A stretch of DNA of 64,000 nucleotides, from positions 5,954,001 through 6,018,000 of the forward strand of contig NC_087246.1 in NCBI RefSeq assembly GCF_037042905.1. The letters run 5' to 3'. The notes beneath the pieces were generated by a model. It searched no databases and had not been told where the DNA came from. It saw nothing but the letters and a program-made list of their open reading frames with translations. Source of the stretch: Lytechinus pictus (Eukaryota). Made by a program: the position numbers and the translations under genes. The stretch's first letter is position 1. The number at the start of each line of letters is the position of its first letter. Shown piece after piece: positions 1 to 13,600 of the stretch.

Positions 1-1560
1 TGAAATGAAATCAATGAAATCTTTTGAGGAGACTGTTACATATAGCTGTACATTATCAAAGTCAATGGTAAACAGAGTAAGGAAAAAAAATAAGAGAACA
101 AAAAGGGACAGAGAATATATGACAGCACTGGGTACACACAACCAAACATATATATAAATCAGACATTTTGTATCTAAGTGTTTCCTAATGTTCTAATATT
201 TGGATTAGTGTTATCAGTCTACATTCTCATGTTCAAGACAATTTACTTTCTTTTCATAATGGAATGTCCAGATTAAAAGGTAAATCATAGTCATTAGGTG
301 AACTGTTGTGTGTGTGTGTATTTGACTTTTGTCAGACGTGTATCAATCAGATATGATTATTTACGTCTGGGACCAACCTTTAACGTCACCATCCACCATA
401 CCTCTGCATCAATTTGTAGCTTCCCCACAGCTTGGATTGCAGGCGCACGCCACAACGCCCAGTTAATACAAAAATTATATAAAAAATACTCTATAAATAT
501 GTGAAGTGCAAGTGTGTATATTTAAATTGATATTGTTGTCAGGTCCCATGGGTAATTTGATATCATTCAGGTACTTATTAACTATCATTTTTTGACAAAA
601 AATGTTCCACATGTTGCCTCATATGGTCAAATCAACTTCCCACTCTCTGTACAGTAGCAGAAAGTGAAATGGGTAGGGCTGAAGAATGTACTTTACTTGA
701 GAGCCTGTTGCTTGGTCCACTAACTTAAATTAATGGCAATTATTTCCAGCTCTTTTAACAATGCCGGGTTCATCAAGTTACAATCTTCTCTTGTGTACAT
801 GCTGACAACAATATCTCTTTAAATTCAGTGAGGAGCAGCATAAACATTAAAGGGGGTACATGATTATGTTATATCGTAAAGGTAAGATTTAATAAAACAC
901 TATTTCAATTTTAATTTCACAATAACAAATATATTTTTATATTCAATATTTTATATAGAGAATAACATATTCTTTAATGACACTTTATTTTCAAACAATG
1001 AAATAGAAAAGTTGAAAAACATTTCTTTTTTTTAATAATTGATACAAATTATTGGCACAGAAATTAAACAAATGAATTGAGCAGGCATTCCACGATTTGA
1101 ACAAAACAATTCAATTTTCAATTTTTTTGCTTCTAATATCAAATAAAAAATACAATATCATATTAACATGATTATAAGGAGAATAATCTAAAAATATATT
1201 GTATTATAAAAAGATAATATATAAATAAAAAAAATATATATTTCAACGCTTGATACAAATGATTGGCAAACAAATTGACTGGAAGATTTAAGCAGGCATT
1301 TCATAACATGAATAGTCAAAGAAACTTTATTCAGGCACTTGATATTTATTGTATTAATGCTTTCATGTTAGTAAATTGACTGGCAATTACATTGGAAGAT
1401 ATCATTCAAATACTCTTCAATGAATTTAAAAACACAATATGATATTCATATAATTCAGCATAAATATTTTCTATAGGAAAAGGAAGTAAACAATAAAGTA
1501 TTTCATGACATAATCTCAGCTCTTTAACCTTAGGAAGCAAACACAACTTAAAATGACCTT

Positions 1561-1665
1561 TCACCTTTCACCTTCAACACCATTCTCTGTAACCCCGTTG
1601 ACCTCTTTCTGTTGATGGCCATTCAATGTTCCTTCACTGCATGGTAATGTAGCGTTTCCTTCATC
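1561..1665 (-). CDS. SWAP70: SWAP70-like terminal coding exon 14
   Basis: Polypyrimidine tract plus atcag acceptor, DEGNATLPCSEG...VEGER*, stop TGA at 1563-1561. Confidence 0.7.
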   Translation of the reverse strand, partial: DEGNATLPCSEGTLNGHQQKEVNGVTENGVEGER

Positions 1666-4600
1666 CTGATTTCCACAAAAAATAATGAGAAAAAGAGAAA
1701 ATATGCTTTATTTCTTTGTAGACCTCAGTTGGTGAAGAATTTTTACTATGCCATTCGGGTGAAACTACCAGCTGTGCAGAAATAAATGGTGTCAAAAGAA
1801 GATTTTTTTTTTGGGGGGGGAGGTTATTATGACTTCAAATTTTTTTTATAGTATGGTGAAGAAGAGTTCATCTTTCAGATTTAATTTCAATTTTTCTAAA
1901 GTAAATTACAATGACTAACTACAGTGAACTTTTCTGATGACTTTAATGTTGTTTTTTTATCCATATAATTCTTAAATAGATTGTATTTACTTGTAGTTTT
2001 GTTTGTATTTAGATGCTTGTGTGTCATGAAAAAGAGACGCATGGGTCAGAGAGATTCAGTTCCATTTTTGCCTCCCAGGCACAGATGATGGCAAACTAAT
2101 AATAATAGTATTGGGTGTGTATGTATCATAAAATATTGTCCCTACACTTTTTCATGTGATTCTCTCATTTCATATAATGATAAAAATCATAGGGATGATG
2201 ATGATAATCGTGAGGATGATGACGATAATGATGATGATAATGCGATGTTGATGATGATGTTGATAATAGGGGACATCATTGGCATCCCCTCATAATGTTT
2301 CCTTTGATATCATTATCACGAATATACTTACCCCTTTGACAAACTGTCTTCTTTCTTTTTCTATCTCAAACTGTGCAGCAGTGAAAGCCCCAACACCCCT
2401 GTGTGTGGTAAGAGGTTTTGCTTTGGGTTGAATCAATCGGGCTAAGCCTACCGGTTTCTCAAGCTCTCTCCTCCTCCTCTCTTGTAACTTCTTAGCTTCC
2501 TCAGCTTGAGTAAGCTTGTCCATGGCAGCCTAGACACATTGACATTGTATCAAAAGGATGAACGAGAATGTTAAATAGAGCTGAAATTAAAGATCTTATT
2601 GAAAGCATTTTGCTAATCCAATGGCTTTCCAAAGTCAATTTTGTCCTACCTATAGTAATGGTTTCATTCTTTCCCATCTTTTTTAACTTCAGTTTAGAGT
2701 CTGGTGTGTCTGGTGTGTTATGGACGTATGTACGTGTGTGGATGATGTGATTTTGTGGACAAATATTGTCACTATTTTCAGCATAATAGGATCACATATT
2801 GGAACTCATATTGTTCTGAAGAGCCGATCTGATATTTTAGCATGATATTTCTTGGAAAAATTCAATTCCAACCTCTTCACTGGATCACAGATATGATGTT
2901 TTGCTGACTATTTGAACGATTACTTTGTGGAACAGAACGCCTCAGTCCCACACGCACTCACACTTACGCACTCTGGTAAACTTTTTATACTCCTTCTCAA
3001 TCAATCAACCCTTTATTCATTTAAATCCACTGGTCCTCGAATATGGAATTCCCTCCCTTCCAATGTAATTTCTAGCACAAATGTTACTGCATTTTAAAAC
3101 AAAACTCAAAAGTTCACTTGTAATTATGTATGCCAATTAATCACACAATTCATTTCCACACCCTTTTCTTGACCCCCCCCCCCCTCCTCTCCCCTTTAGG
3201 TTTACCGTCTTATTTTCTTATGTATTGTTTGTATTTATTATTGTTACCTTTTCACTTTTATGTACACTTATATATATATATTTATATGTATTGGGTGTCC
3301 CACTCATCAAGCTTTTGCTTCTAGTGGCACCCTAATCATTTAAACTATACTGTTACATTCATGTATGATTTGTATATATTTTGGTTTGTATATTGATTTT
3401 TTAAATGATTGAATAAAATGAATTGAATTGAATCTCCAACTATACACCCACTAAGCTCTACTTCCTCCAAGGCCATTCTCACCTCTGTTTCTCTTCCTAT
3501 CTCAATATTTGCTCACATACTCTCTCTATACATATCGTTCTCCCCTCTCTCTTCATTATTTATTCCTTTCTTTCAACTCTCTCCTTTATTATCTACAATG
3601 AATCCCATTCTGAGTGCATCCATCATCATGACATCTCTTACCTTGAGTTTCTCATCAGCAGCTCTTCGTTGGTCTTCCAGCTCTTCTAGTCTTTCCCTCT
3701 CCAGCTCCAGTTGTCTGGCCTGCTCCAGTCTCTGCTGAACCAGCTCCTCACTCCACTGCTCCAGGTGCTCCCTCTTCTCCTGCTCCTGCCTCAAAAGAGC
3801 ATCCTGCTCCTCCTTCAATCTCTCCAGCTCCTCTCTCTTTTCAGTTTCCTCAGAAAGAATTCTGGATTATGTGAGTTGGATTGCAAGAGAGTGAAGAATA
3901 GGAACAGTGGCAAAGTTCAGTACTGAACTCTTTTAATCAATATCTACCATGTATGTCTTGTAATTAGAATATAAGCATCACTGCTAACAATCTATTTTTA
4001 TCACAGTAGGCAAACTTACTGCACTGTGAACAATAGCTTTCTTTCAAATTACTTCTAAAATAACATATTCATCATCATCATCAACACCATCACCACCATC
4101 ATCATCACCGTTGTCGTCATTATCATCACCATCATGATCATGATCATGATCATCATCATTATCATTGTCATCATCATTGTCATCGTCATCATCATCATCA
4201 TCATCATCATCAACACCACCATCATCATCCTCATCTTCATCATCACCATCATCATCATCACCAACCCCTTACAACATCATTGTCAACTACACCAACCATC
4301 ACTGCCACCAGCATCATAGTAGTAACCAGAGCCAAGATTATTTCCTTGAGAACCAACACTCTCATCCTACCTAGCCTGCAGAGCACGCACAATCTCTTCA
4401 TCCCTCTTGGCTTGTCTCTCCTCTTCAAGTAACAGTTCCAGTTGCTGAAGTGATTCCTCAAGCTCTGCTAACCTTTTCTTGTCTTCCTCTTTCAAACGTT
4501 CCTCGATCTCAGCTCTCTTTGTTGCATCCTCGTACGCCTGTACAAGTAATACGTCATAGGAGAAGACAGATATATTTTGGGTTTGAACAAGATGTTCTCA

Positions 4601-7600
4601 GGGTTATCAATGGCAGTTAAGACCTTCCTCTACAAACCAATGATATGCATCTTTTAAGCAGTGCATAAATTACCAGAAGACTAGTTTCAACAGGTATATA
4701 GAAGTATTTTTTATGTCTTTTTTACTACCATTAGTAAAGAAGAATTTTTATGAGGCCATATAGAACACTAAACACGTATGTTATAGAATATTTTATCATG
4801 AATTGCATATAATCAATAACCCAAAAGTGGACCTAAAAGGAATGGCAATTCACTCTTTTCCCTTTAGAGGACACTACTTTTAAGCACCTTAATAAATTGT
4901 CATTTATAGCCCATTTTAAAAGGAATTCCAGTCAGCATCTACTCCCTTCTAACCCTACATTTCGACATTAATGTAAAGTAAAAACAAAGTCTGCTGTGAA
5001 AACAGCTCCAAGAACACTGGCAATTCTAATCGAAGGATTGCAACCTACTATGTTGTAATTGCAAAATTAGATATCAAGATGTTATTCATTAACATAATCA
5101 AAATATTTTCATTGCTATTCCAGTGAATAATATCCATTGCCAATCCCCTAGTAAACACAGACTACAAGGTGAATTTTCAAACACACAGCACAGTTTATTT
5201 CTACCAAGTCATCAACATTATATTATTATCAATCTTACCTTCTTTAGTTCTTCTAATTCTCTAGCCTGTCTTTCTCTCTCTTCCTCTTCCACTTTTCTCC
5301 TTTCCTCTTCTTCTTTCTGTCTCTCTATCAACTTCTTTGCCTCTTCTTCTGCTCTCCTCTCAGCTTCTACACGAGCCTGCAAACAAATTAAACAAATGGG
5401 AGAAGATATTACTATTTGTTTACTCTTCCTGTATATTTACCATCATTGAAGGGGGTGGTGTAACAGTATTATATCATTGGTTATTAAAGCTGTTCAATAA
5501 AACTGTTTGGAAAGTAATGGAAGACTGTACAAATGACTGGACATGTTTTTGTCTGCATAAGCTAAATTTGGATATGATATTTGTACATTGAAAAACAAGT
5601 GTTACAATGCCAAATTTATCATATTTAAATTTGATTGGGGTGTTGGCTCAGTTGGTAGAGCGTCCGTCTCACAACCAGGAGGTCGAGCCTCGGCCGCTTC
5701 AGACTAAAAGACATTAAAAGATGGGAGTTGTTGCTACCCTGTTTGGCATTCAATGATGTAAGGGATACAGCTACGTTCATCTGGCGTTGTACAGTGGCTC
5801 CAAGGCCCATAATCGATTGGGCAACATGAATTTTTTGAGTATTTCTATTTTCGGATTTCTATATTTCGAACAATAAAATATAGATTTTCATTTTCATAGG
5901 ATATTCAGTCTCATTTTGCTAAAAACACCAGGAAAACTTTGGGTATCTTTACAAATATACAAATACCATAGATCATCATCATCTTTATTTAAGTGATGAA
6001 GCAATTCAAGTGAGGAATTGGGATTAGTATTATGCTACAGTACATTATACCTTTATAAACAGCTTTATTGAAAAAACAAGTGGAACGCCTCTGGCAGTCT
6101 CGCCTGCATTACGCGATTCGATATAGCAGCAGAGCTGACTTTGAAAACAGTTATTCACAAAAGAAAACTCTCATATGATTATAAAATACTATGTCCATTG
6201 ATCAAACATGACCTTGACCATGATCATGTGACCTAATACATGTGCAAAACATACTTGCTTACCCTCATGGCTATGCTTCATGAACTACATGTGTAGATCC
6301 ATGAACTTTCTACTTGACCGACCCACAACTGCCAAACTAACACATGCATTTGTTTCCTGTCACCTAGATTATTGTAACGCAATATTTTCTAACCTCCCTC
6401 ATACATACCTAATTCCACTTCAACGGGTTCAAAACTCTGCTGCTAGACTGGTCTCTCTCTGTAGGAAATCTGAGCATATAACCCCAATCTTGCGTTCTCT
6501 CCACTGGCTCCCCATACATCATCGTATATCTTTCAAAGTCCTCCTCCTTACCTACAAAATTCTTAATGGTCAATCCCCCAAATATCTCAAGGATCTCATT
6601 TCTTTACGTTCTAGTACCTCCTCAAGACCCCTCCGTTCATCATCTAAATGCAGTTAACTCCTGGACCGCGAACTTCTACAAGATATGGTGACCGTGCTTT
6701 TTCTTCTATTGCCCCTTCTCTTTGGAACAAGTTACCCTCTCACATGCATAGTGCCAAGTCCGTCAGTCAGTTTGAGGCCCTGCTCAAAACATACCTTTTC
6801 AATCAATGAATCCCAGTTGTGGGTCGGTCATTTGAGGTGCACACCAGTTTTAATCTGTTAGTATTTTTTTTTTCTCTCATGAACTAGATCCATAAACTTT
6901 TAAAGTTATGATGACAATTCCACAAATACCCCCAGCATTATCAAAGTTCGTTGACCCTAAATGACCTTTGACCTTGATTGTGTGACCTGAAACTTGCACA
7001 GGATGTTCATAGATACTTTATTAATCTCATGTCTAAGTTTCATGAACTAGATCCATAAATTTTCAAAGTTATGATGACAATTCAACAAATACCCCCAAAA
7101 TGGTCAAAGTTCATTGACCCTAAGTGACCTTTGACCTTGGTCATGTGACCTAAAACTCAGGCAGGATGTTCAGTAATACTTGATTAAACTTATGTCCAAG
7201 TTTCATGAACTAGGTCCATATACTTTCTAAGATATAATGACATTTCAAAAACTTAACCTTGGTTAAGATTTCAATGTTGACGCCGCCGCCGGAAAAGCGG
7301 CGCCTATAGTCTCGCTCTGCTATGCAGGCGAGACAAAAACCCTGCATATCCATTTCAAATATAATTATCTTTGTGCAAGGCATCAACAAATGTCTTTGAT
7401 CAAGTAGAGAAACACAAATGTTTTGGGAAAGAAGAGAAGCAGAATGTTGCCATTGGTGAATGGTTTCTATTAATAGTATTAAGAAAATTAATAATAACTG
7501 CTGTATATATGCAGTAATATTATTTCAGAAGTTATTCCCTTTCAGTCTTATTAGCATGCTGATTGTTTCATACATTTTTCTTATGTACGCCTCTGTCGAA

Positions 7601-10600
7601 GTACAATTTATCTCATTTCCTTATTGAAGTTAACAACAACACATCAAGTGCAAGGCAAATGAAAAAGGATAATCTATTACACATGAGGAGTATCACATTT
7701 GTTCTGGTTGTACAAGATCTTATTTAGTAATTTGGACTAGTGCCACTAACTCAAGATAAACTCAATACAAACAACACCATCAAATGAATGAAATTTGTGC
7801 GCAGTATATCTATTGAGTTGTTAGTATGTATGAATGCATTGGCAGTGCCGCCTGTATATCAGAGTCAATGAAGGTTTGCTTAGACATTCAACCTTGGTAA
7901 TATAAACCTTATTTTCAGATGGTATGATTTAAAGTACAATTATGTTTTGTACACGTGTTATTTTTATTGTTTTTTGTCTACATGACAGTGGAGAATTAAA
8001 GGCGATCAACCTAAATGAGATTGTGCCTTATTAACTATTAAGCTTGTAAGAGTTGCCTACTGGCACCACATAATAATGACAAAAATAACATATATGATTT
8101 ATAATCATCAAGTCCACTATGCAGAGTGCCCAAAGCACAATGAAAGAAGAACAAGAAAAAATATACACAGCAGGAAAAGTAAGAAAGAAAAAAGGACTCA
8201 ATGTCAATTAAGAGATACAATCCCAGCGAACAGCAATTTCTCTGGCATGAATTAATCTTACTTACTGCTTTAAGTGCATCAATCTCTTGTTGAGTCTTTT
8301 CCCTATGTTCTTCCTCTCGTTTCCTGTTCTCCCTTTCTTCTTCTTCTTTCGCCATCCTTAGCGCCAGCTCCTCTTCTGCTTTCCTGGCTGCTTCATCTCT
8401 AGCCTTAAAAAAACATTAGCCAATCAATTCAGTTCCATTATTTTAACAAATCATAAATCATTCTTCCTGTTTGCAAAACTAATTTATTAGTTGCCAAGAA
8501 TCTAATTTAATTAATTCATAATCCTCACTGCCAAATAAATGTTATTTATTTATGACATGATATTTGGCAACTAGCCTAGGGTAGCAGAATAAATGACATG
8601 TTTAGCAAGATTATAGCCAGACATGTCACACCCCTCTAAATGCCCTAATCTTAATGAGAAATGTAGCCAACATAATTTTTTTGTTATTTAAGACAAAAAC
8701 TGATACCAGTTATTACATTGAACGCACTGAGCTTTTCAAATATGCTCATGTCAGGTCAACAAACTTTCTTCTATGCTGCAATTTGGTTCTTAAACTTACT
8801 ATTCTAAGTTGTTCAATCTCTTCCTGTGTTCTTGCTTTATCTGCCATCTCTCTAACCCTATTCTTGGCTTCTTCCAGTTCTCTCTGCATCCTCATTGCTA
8901 GCTCTTCTTCTGCTTTCCTGGCTGCCACGTCGCGAGCCTGAAGAAAAAAGAAGGGGGAGGCCGCTAACAAGAATAAATCAAATATTTTTCACTGGATTCA
9001 TAAACAAATCAACCCTCACATGACTTGATCTATGTGCAACATAAGATATTATATTGTATTTTAATAGAATGGATGCTGTTTTCCAAATCGTCAAGTCTGG
9101 GGTGCTGTAATGCAAATGGTACAAAGCACAAAATTACTCATCTAACTCTTTACCTACATGTACCACCTAATGGGTAGCTAATCCAGGTTTTCAATTTTTT
9201 AAGAGGTCAGAGAAATATCTGAAAATTGTTGCAATAACTTTGTCCCAAATAGTGTGTCAACTTCTCTTTAACTTTTCATTTTTATTCTCTCATGAAATAT
9301 GTTCCTATAGCAGTTGTTTTTTGAAAGAAGAAACCTAGATGGGCAAGATGAACTCACTGCTTTAAGGGCATCAATCTCTGCTTGTGTCTTAGCTCTTTCT
9401 TCCAACTCTCTTCTTCTATTCTCCTCTTCTTCTCTTTCCTTTGCCATCCTGAGGGCTAGCTCATCTTCAGCTTTCTGTGCTGCTTCATCTCTTAACTGTT
9501 AACAAAAAAAGTAAGATAAAGGATTCGATTGATATGTAACCTCAGGCACCTTACCAAAGTTGTTTGCAGGATCTTGCATTTAAGGCAACGTGTCTTTTTA
9601 GAGTAGCTTTCCTGCACCCCCTATAGATTTGTCTATGATGAAAATGTCAAAATTATGAATGTTAAAAAAATGCATGCAGGATTCCTGTATGAAAGATGCG
9701 ACTTTGAATTTTGTAACAGACATCTCAACCAAACTGAGGGCAGAAAAAACAGAGATATATACAGTCCTGTCAATCAATGGATTAAAACTTTACACCATCA
9801 AGAAGGTTAGAATTTTATTGTTTCACTCTCAGTGGCACTGCAATGTATTGATCAGATAAATGCTAGAAAGGTCAAACCAGAGCTTGCCCCTCACAAGCTT
9901 TGTCTATTCAGAATGTTCCAGCAGTATACACTTTACATTGGACAAATGAACAACATATTTAGCCAAACAAAGCAACCCAAAAAAAGATTTTTTAAAGAAA
10001 TATTACAAGATTTTACATTCATTTGAAAGTCTTTAACAAACAATGGCAAACTGGTGTTTCCATGGAGTGTAGGTAATATGGATGAAATGTCATCACCCAC
10101 AATGAGATATCATTTTATACAGGTGAAGTGACCCTCAGATTTTTTAGAAGTCTCTCTCTCTGTCTATTAAACTATTAAGTTCAGTTTTTCATACTCTGCT
10201 GCTCTACATTTGCCAATTAGATCATGTTGAAAACCTTAATACAGAGTCAACCCTGTCACTAATAGCAGAGAAAATATTAGAGGGGCAAGCTTTTAAAAGT
10301 TCCTTTGTGCACTTACAATGTCCTGATGACACTGACCCTCACACCTTTTCTTTGCAGATTGTCTGATTTTGTCATAAAAGTTGCAAAAAGGAAGAATATT
10401 TTATGTGCAGTGGAAAAAAAAAAATCAAAGTCCATAAAGCCGATATGAATATCAAATTGAAAACAAAGCAAATGACCCTACTTAACCGAACAGTTTGTAA
10501 GAATTTACCCTCTCCATTTCCGCAAGTCTCTGTCTTTGTTTCTCATTCTCCTCTATCTGTAGCTTTCGTAATCTGTCTATCTCTTCGGCTTCTTCTTGTC

Positions 10601-13600
10601 TCTTTCTCCTCTCATCTCTTCTTCTCTCCAAATCTTGGACGTGAGGGGATTGACCACATTCCATCCGTTTTAATACATTCTCTATGGCTAACAAACGGAA
10701 GAGAATAAAATAAGAACAGAGATTAAATATCATGAAAGTTTAACTAGCATATATATGGACGTATCCACAAATTTAATGCTCAAGGCAGACTTGCGCTTCA
10801 TATTTTGACTTGCCTACCAGGCCCCCCCTTGAGATCTCGGCTGTCAACCGCGCGATCGTGCCAAAAATTGGCATGTGGGTTGTCTGGGACATAATCTACA
10901 AAATTGTATAGTAATTTATTTCATGTGAATTGCTATTAAGTTATTATGCTAATTTATGCATAATTAGTATGCAAAATAATACTTTTTACTCTAACTCCCT
11001 GAATAAAGCTCCAAATGTTCTAATTTTTGGTATAGAAACACTTTGTGGTGTTCTTAGCAAGTGTACATGAACAAAATTGTGATATCAAATCATTTTCTTA
11101 TGTATTATATTGTTTTTTGCAATTTTTTATGTATTTCTGTGTTTTTTACCTTTTGTTTTTCATTGTTTTTTTCAATGAAATTTGTTAGAGACTCTTCTGA
11201 GATCATAAATTTAAACCAACAAATAATCATACATTCATGATTTTTGGTTGAAAAGACAATTTGCATTGACTTTGTACACAAAATCACTTTTTTGAGCAAT
11301 TTTTGGTCTGACATGCACTTACATAATGTTGCGTAATTTCCGAATTACGTACCCGGCTGACGCAAAATTGGTCTCGAAAGTAGTGCAAGACTTGAAAGTA
11401 AAAAGTCAGTGAGCGGCGCGGTAAAAAAACTTCGCGGTGAAAATATTGCGTGAATTGTTGAGGGGGGCCGGGCTCCCTCCCCCCAGCCTAGATAGGGTTA
11501 AGCACATAGAAAAAACAACCAAGAAGCATACATGTAGCTGAAAATTTCATCTCGATGGGATATAAAATAAGAAATTACATCATTTTCAAATTCAGCTTTT
11601 CCTTGACCTTATATAGGCCAGGGTGTTTTGGGAGTTCCTATGGCCGGGGGTGGGGGGCCTCCCAGGTCCCCCCCTTGAGATCTCGGCCGTCGACCTCACG
11701 ATCGTGCCGAAAATTGGCATGCGGGTTGTCTGGGACATAATCTTCAAAATTGTATAGTAATTTATTTCATGCGAATTGCTATTAGGTGATTATGCTAATT
11801 TATGCGTAATTAGTATGCGAAATAATACTTTTTACTCTAACTCCCTGAATAAAGCTCCAAATGTTCTAATTTTTTGTATAGAAACTCTTTGTGGTGTTCT
11901 TAGCAAGTGTACATGAACAAAATTGTGATATCAAATCATTTTCTTATGTATTATATTGTTTTTTGCAATTTTTTATGTATTTTCTATGTTTTTTACCTTT
12001 TGTGTTTCATTGTTTTTTCAATGAAATTTGTTGGGGACTCTTCGGAGATCATGAATTTAAACCAACAAATAATCATACATTCATGATTTTTGGTTGAAAA
12101 CACAAGTTGCATTAACTTTGTACACAAAATCACGTTTTTGAGCAATTTTTGGTCTGACATGCACTTACATAATGTTGCGTAATTTCGGAACTACGTACCC
12201 GGGTGACGCAAAATTGGTCTCAAAAGTAGCGCAAGACTTGAAAGTAAAAAGCCAGTGAGCAACGCGGTAAAAAAACTTCGCGCGGTGAAAATAGTGTGTG
12301 AATCGTTGAGAGGCCTAGATAGGGTTAAAACAACTTTAATACTTCCTGGCTTGTAACAATCAAGGAAACTGATGATGTCACAATATTTTTAATACTATTA
12401 AAGGGAATATTGAATATTTCAAGTTTTATAGTTTCTTTAATGGTTTTGTTGGAGAAACCCTTCACTGATTTACAATAAATAAATCTAATTTGTATTTTAA
12501 CATCTGACAATTCACCCCCCCCCCCACTCCATCGTCATTACCACCCCCTTAGCAAACACAATCTTACCTGCTTGACTAGTTGCTATGAAATCAATGGAAT
12601 ATATTCTTGATACTTCCTTAAAGGTCAAGTCCACCCCAGAAAATTGTTGAATGGAAATGAAAGAGAAAAATCAAACAAGCATAATGCTGAAAATTTCATC
12701 AAAATGGGATGTAAAATAAGAAAGTTGTGACATTTTTAAGTTTTGCTTATTTCTCACAAAACGCTTATATGCACAACTCATTGATGTACAAATGAGAGAG
12801 TCAATGATGTCCCTCACTCACTAATTCTTTTGTTATTTATTGTTTAAATTATACAATATTTTAATCTTTACAGATTTGAAATCAAGGACCAACTTGACTT
12901 ACATGTAATCATAAACTGTTAAAATAATGGTCATTCCACATGTTCTGGGAGGAATAAAATTTGTTTCACATGCCAATGAGGAGAAACTTAGAATTTTTCA
13001 TATTTTATATATTAAACTACAAAAGAAATAGTGAGTGGGTGACGACATCAGTCTGCTCATTTGCATACTGACCAGGATGTGCATATAACTGTTTTGTGAA
13101 ATTAAGCGAAACTTTAAAATGTCATAACTTTCTTATTTTACATCCAATTTTGATGAAATTTTCAGCATTATGCTTGTTTGATTTCTCTATTTCATTTCCA
13201 TTCAACAATTTTCTGGGGTGGACTTGTCCTTTAAAACAGTATGACAGGAAATGTGCATAGGAGTAGTACTTAATTATTTATTCCTAGCATGGAAAAACAA
13301 CAGCTCCTATCCAGGTCTCTCCTATAAATGCATTACATGGCAACATGAGGACTGTAACCATGTCATCTTGCAATGAAACATTTTTTTTACAACTGCTAAT
13401 TGGAAGCAAATCCACGTCAACTTCATTTTTATAATCAAGGAAGAGAAAATGAAAGAACATTGGAGGAAAAATCCATCAAAGAATGGATTTTAAAGCTTTA
13501 ATATTCATGTTCCCTCACACTGTGCTACACTGCTACTTGATCCATAAAATACGATTCTCTCAGAAAATATGAAACAAGTATGTATACATTCAATATATGA

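Noticed and set aside
5637..5700. tRNA-Val-like gene
   Set aside because: T-arm/B box deleted; it is a SINE head
6280..6657. 125-aa ORF as a host gene or active reverse transcriptase
   Set aside because: Only the C-terminal tail of a LINE ORF2, frameshifted and without the catalytic core
3711..9502. Plus-strand Ser/Leu-rich ORFs (3711, 5123, 8654, 9314)
   Set aside because: Antisense shadows of the E/R/K-rich SWAP70 exons
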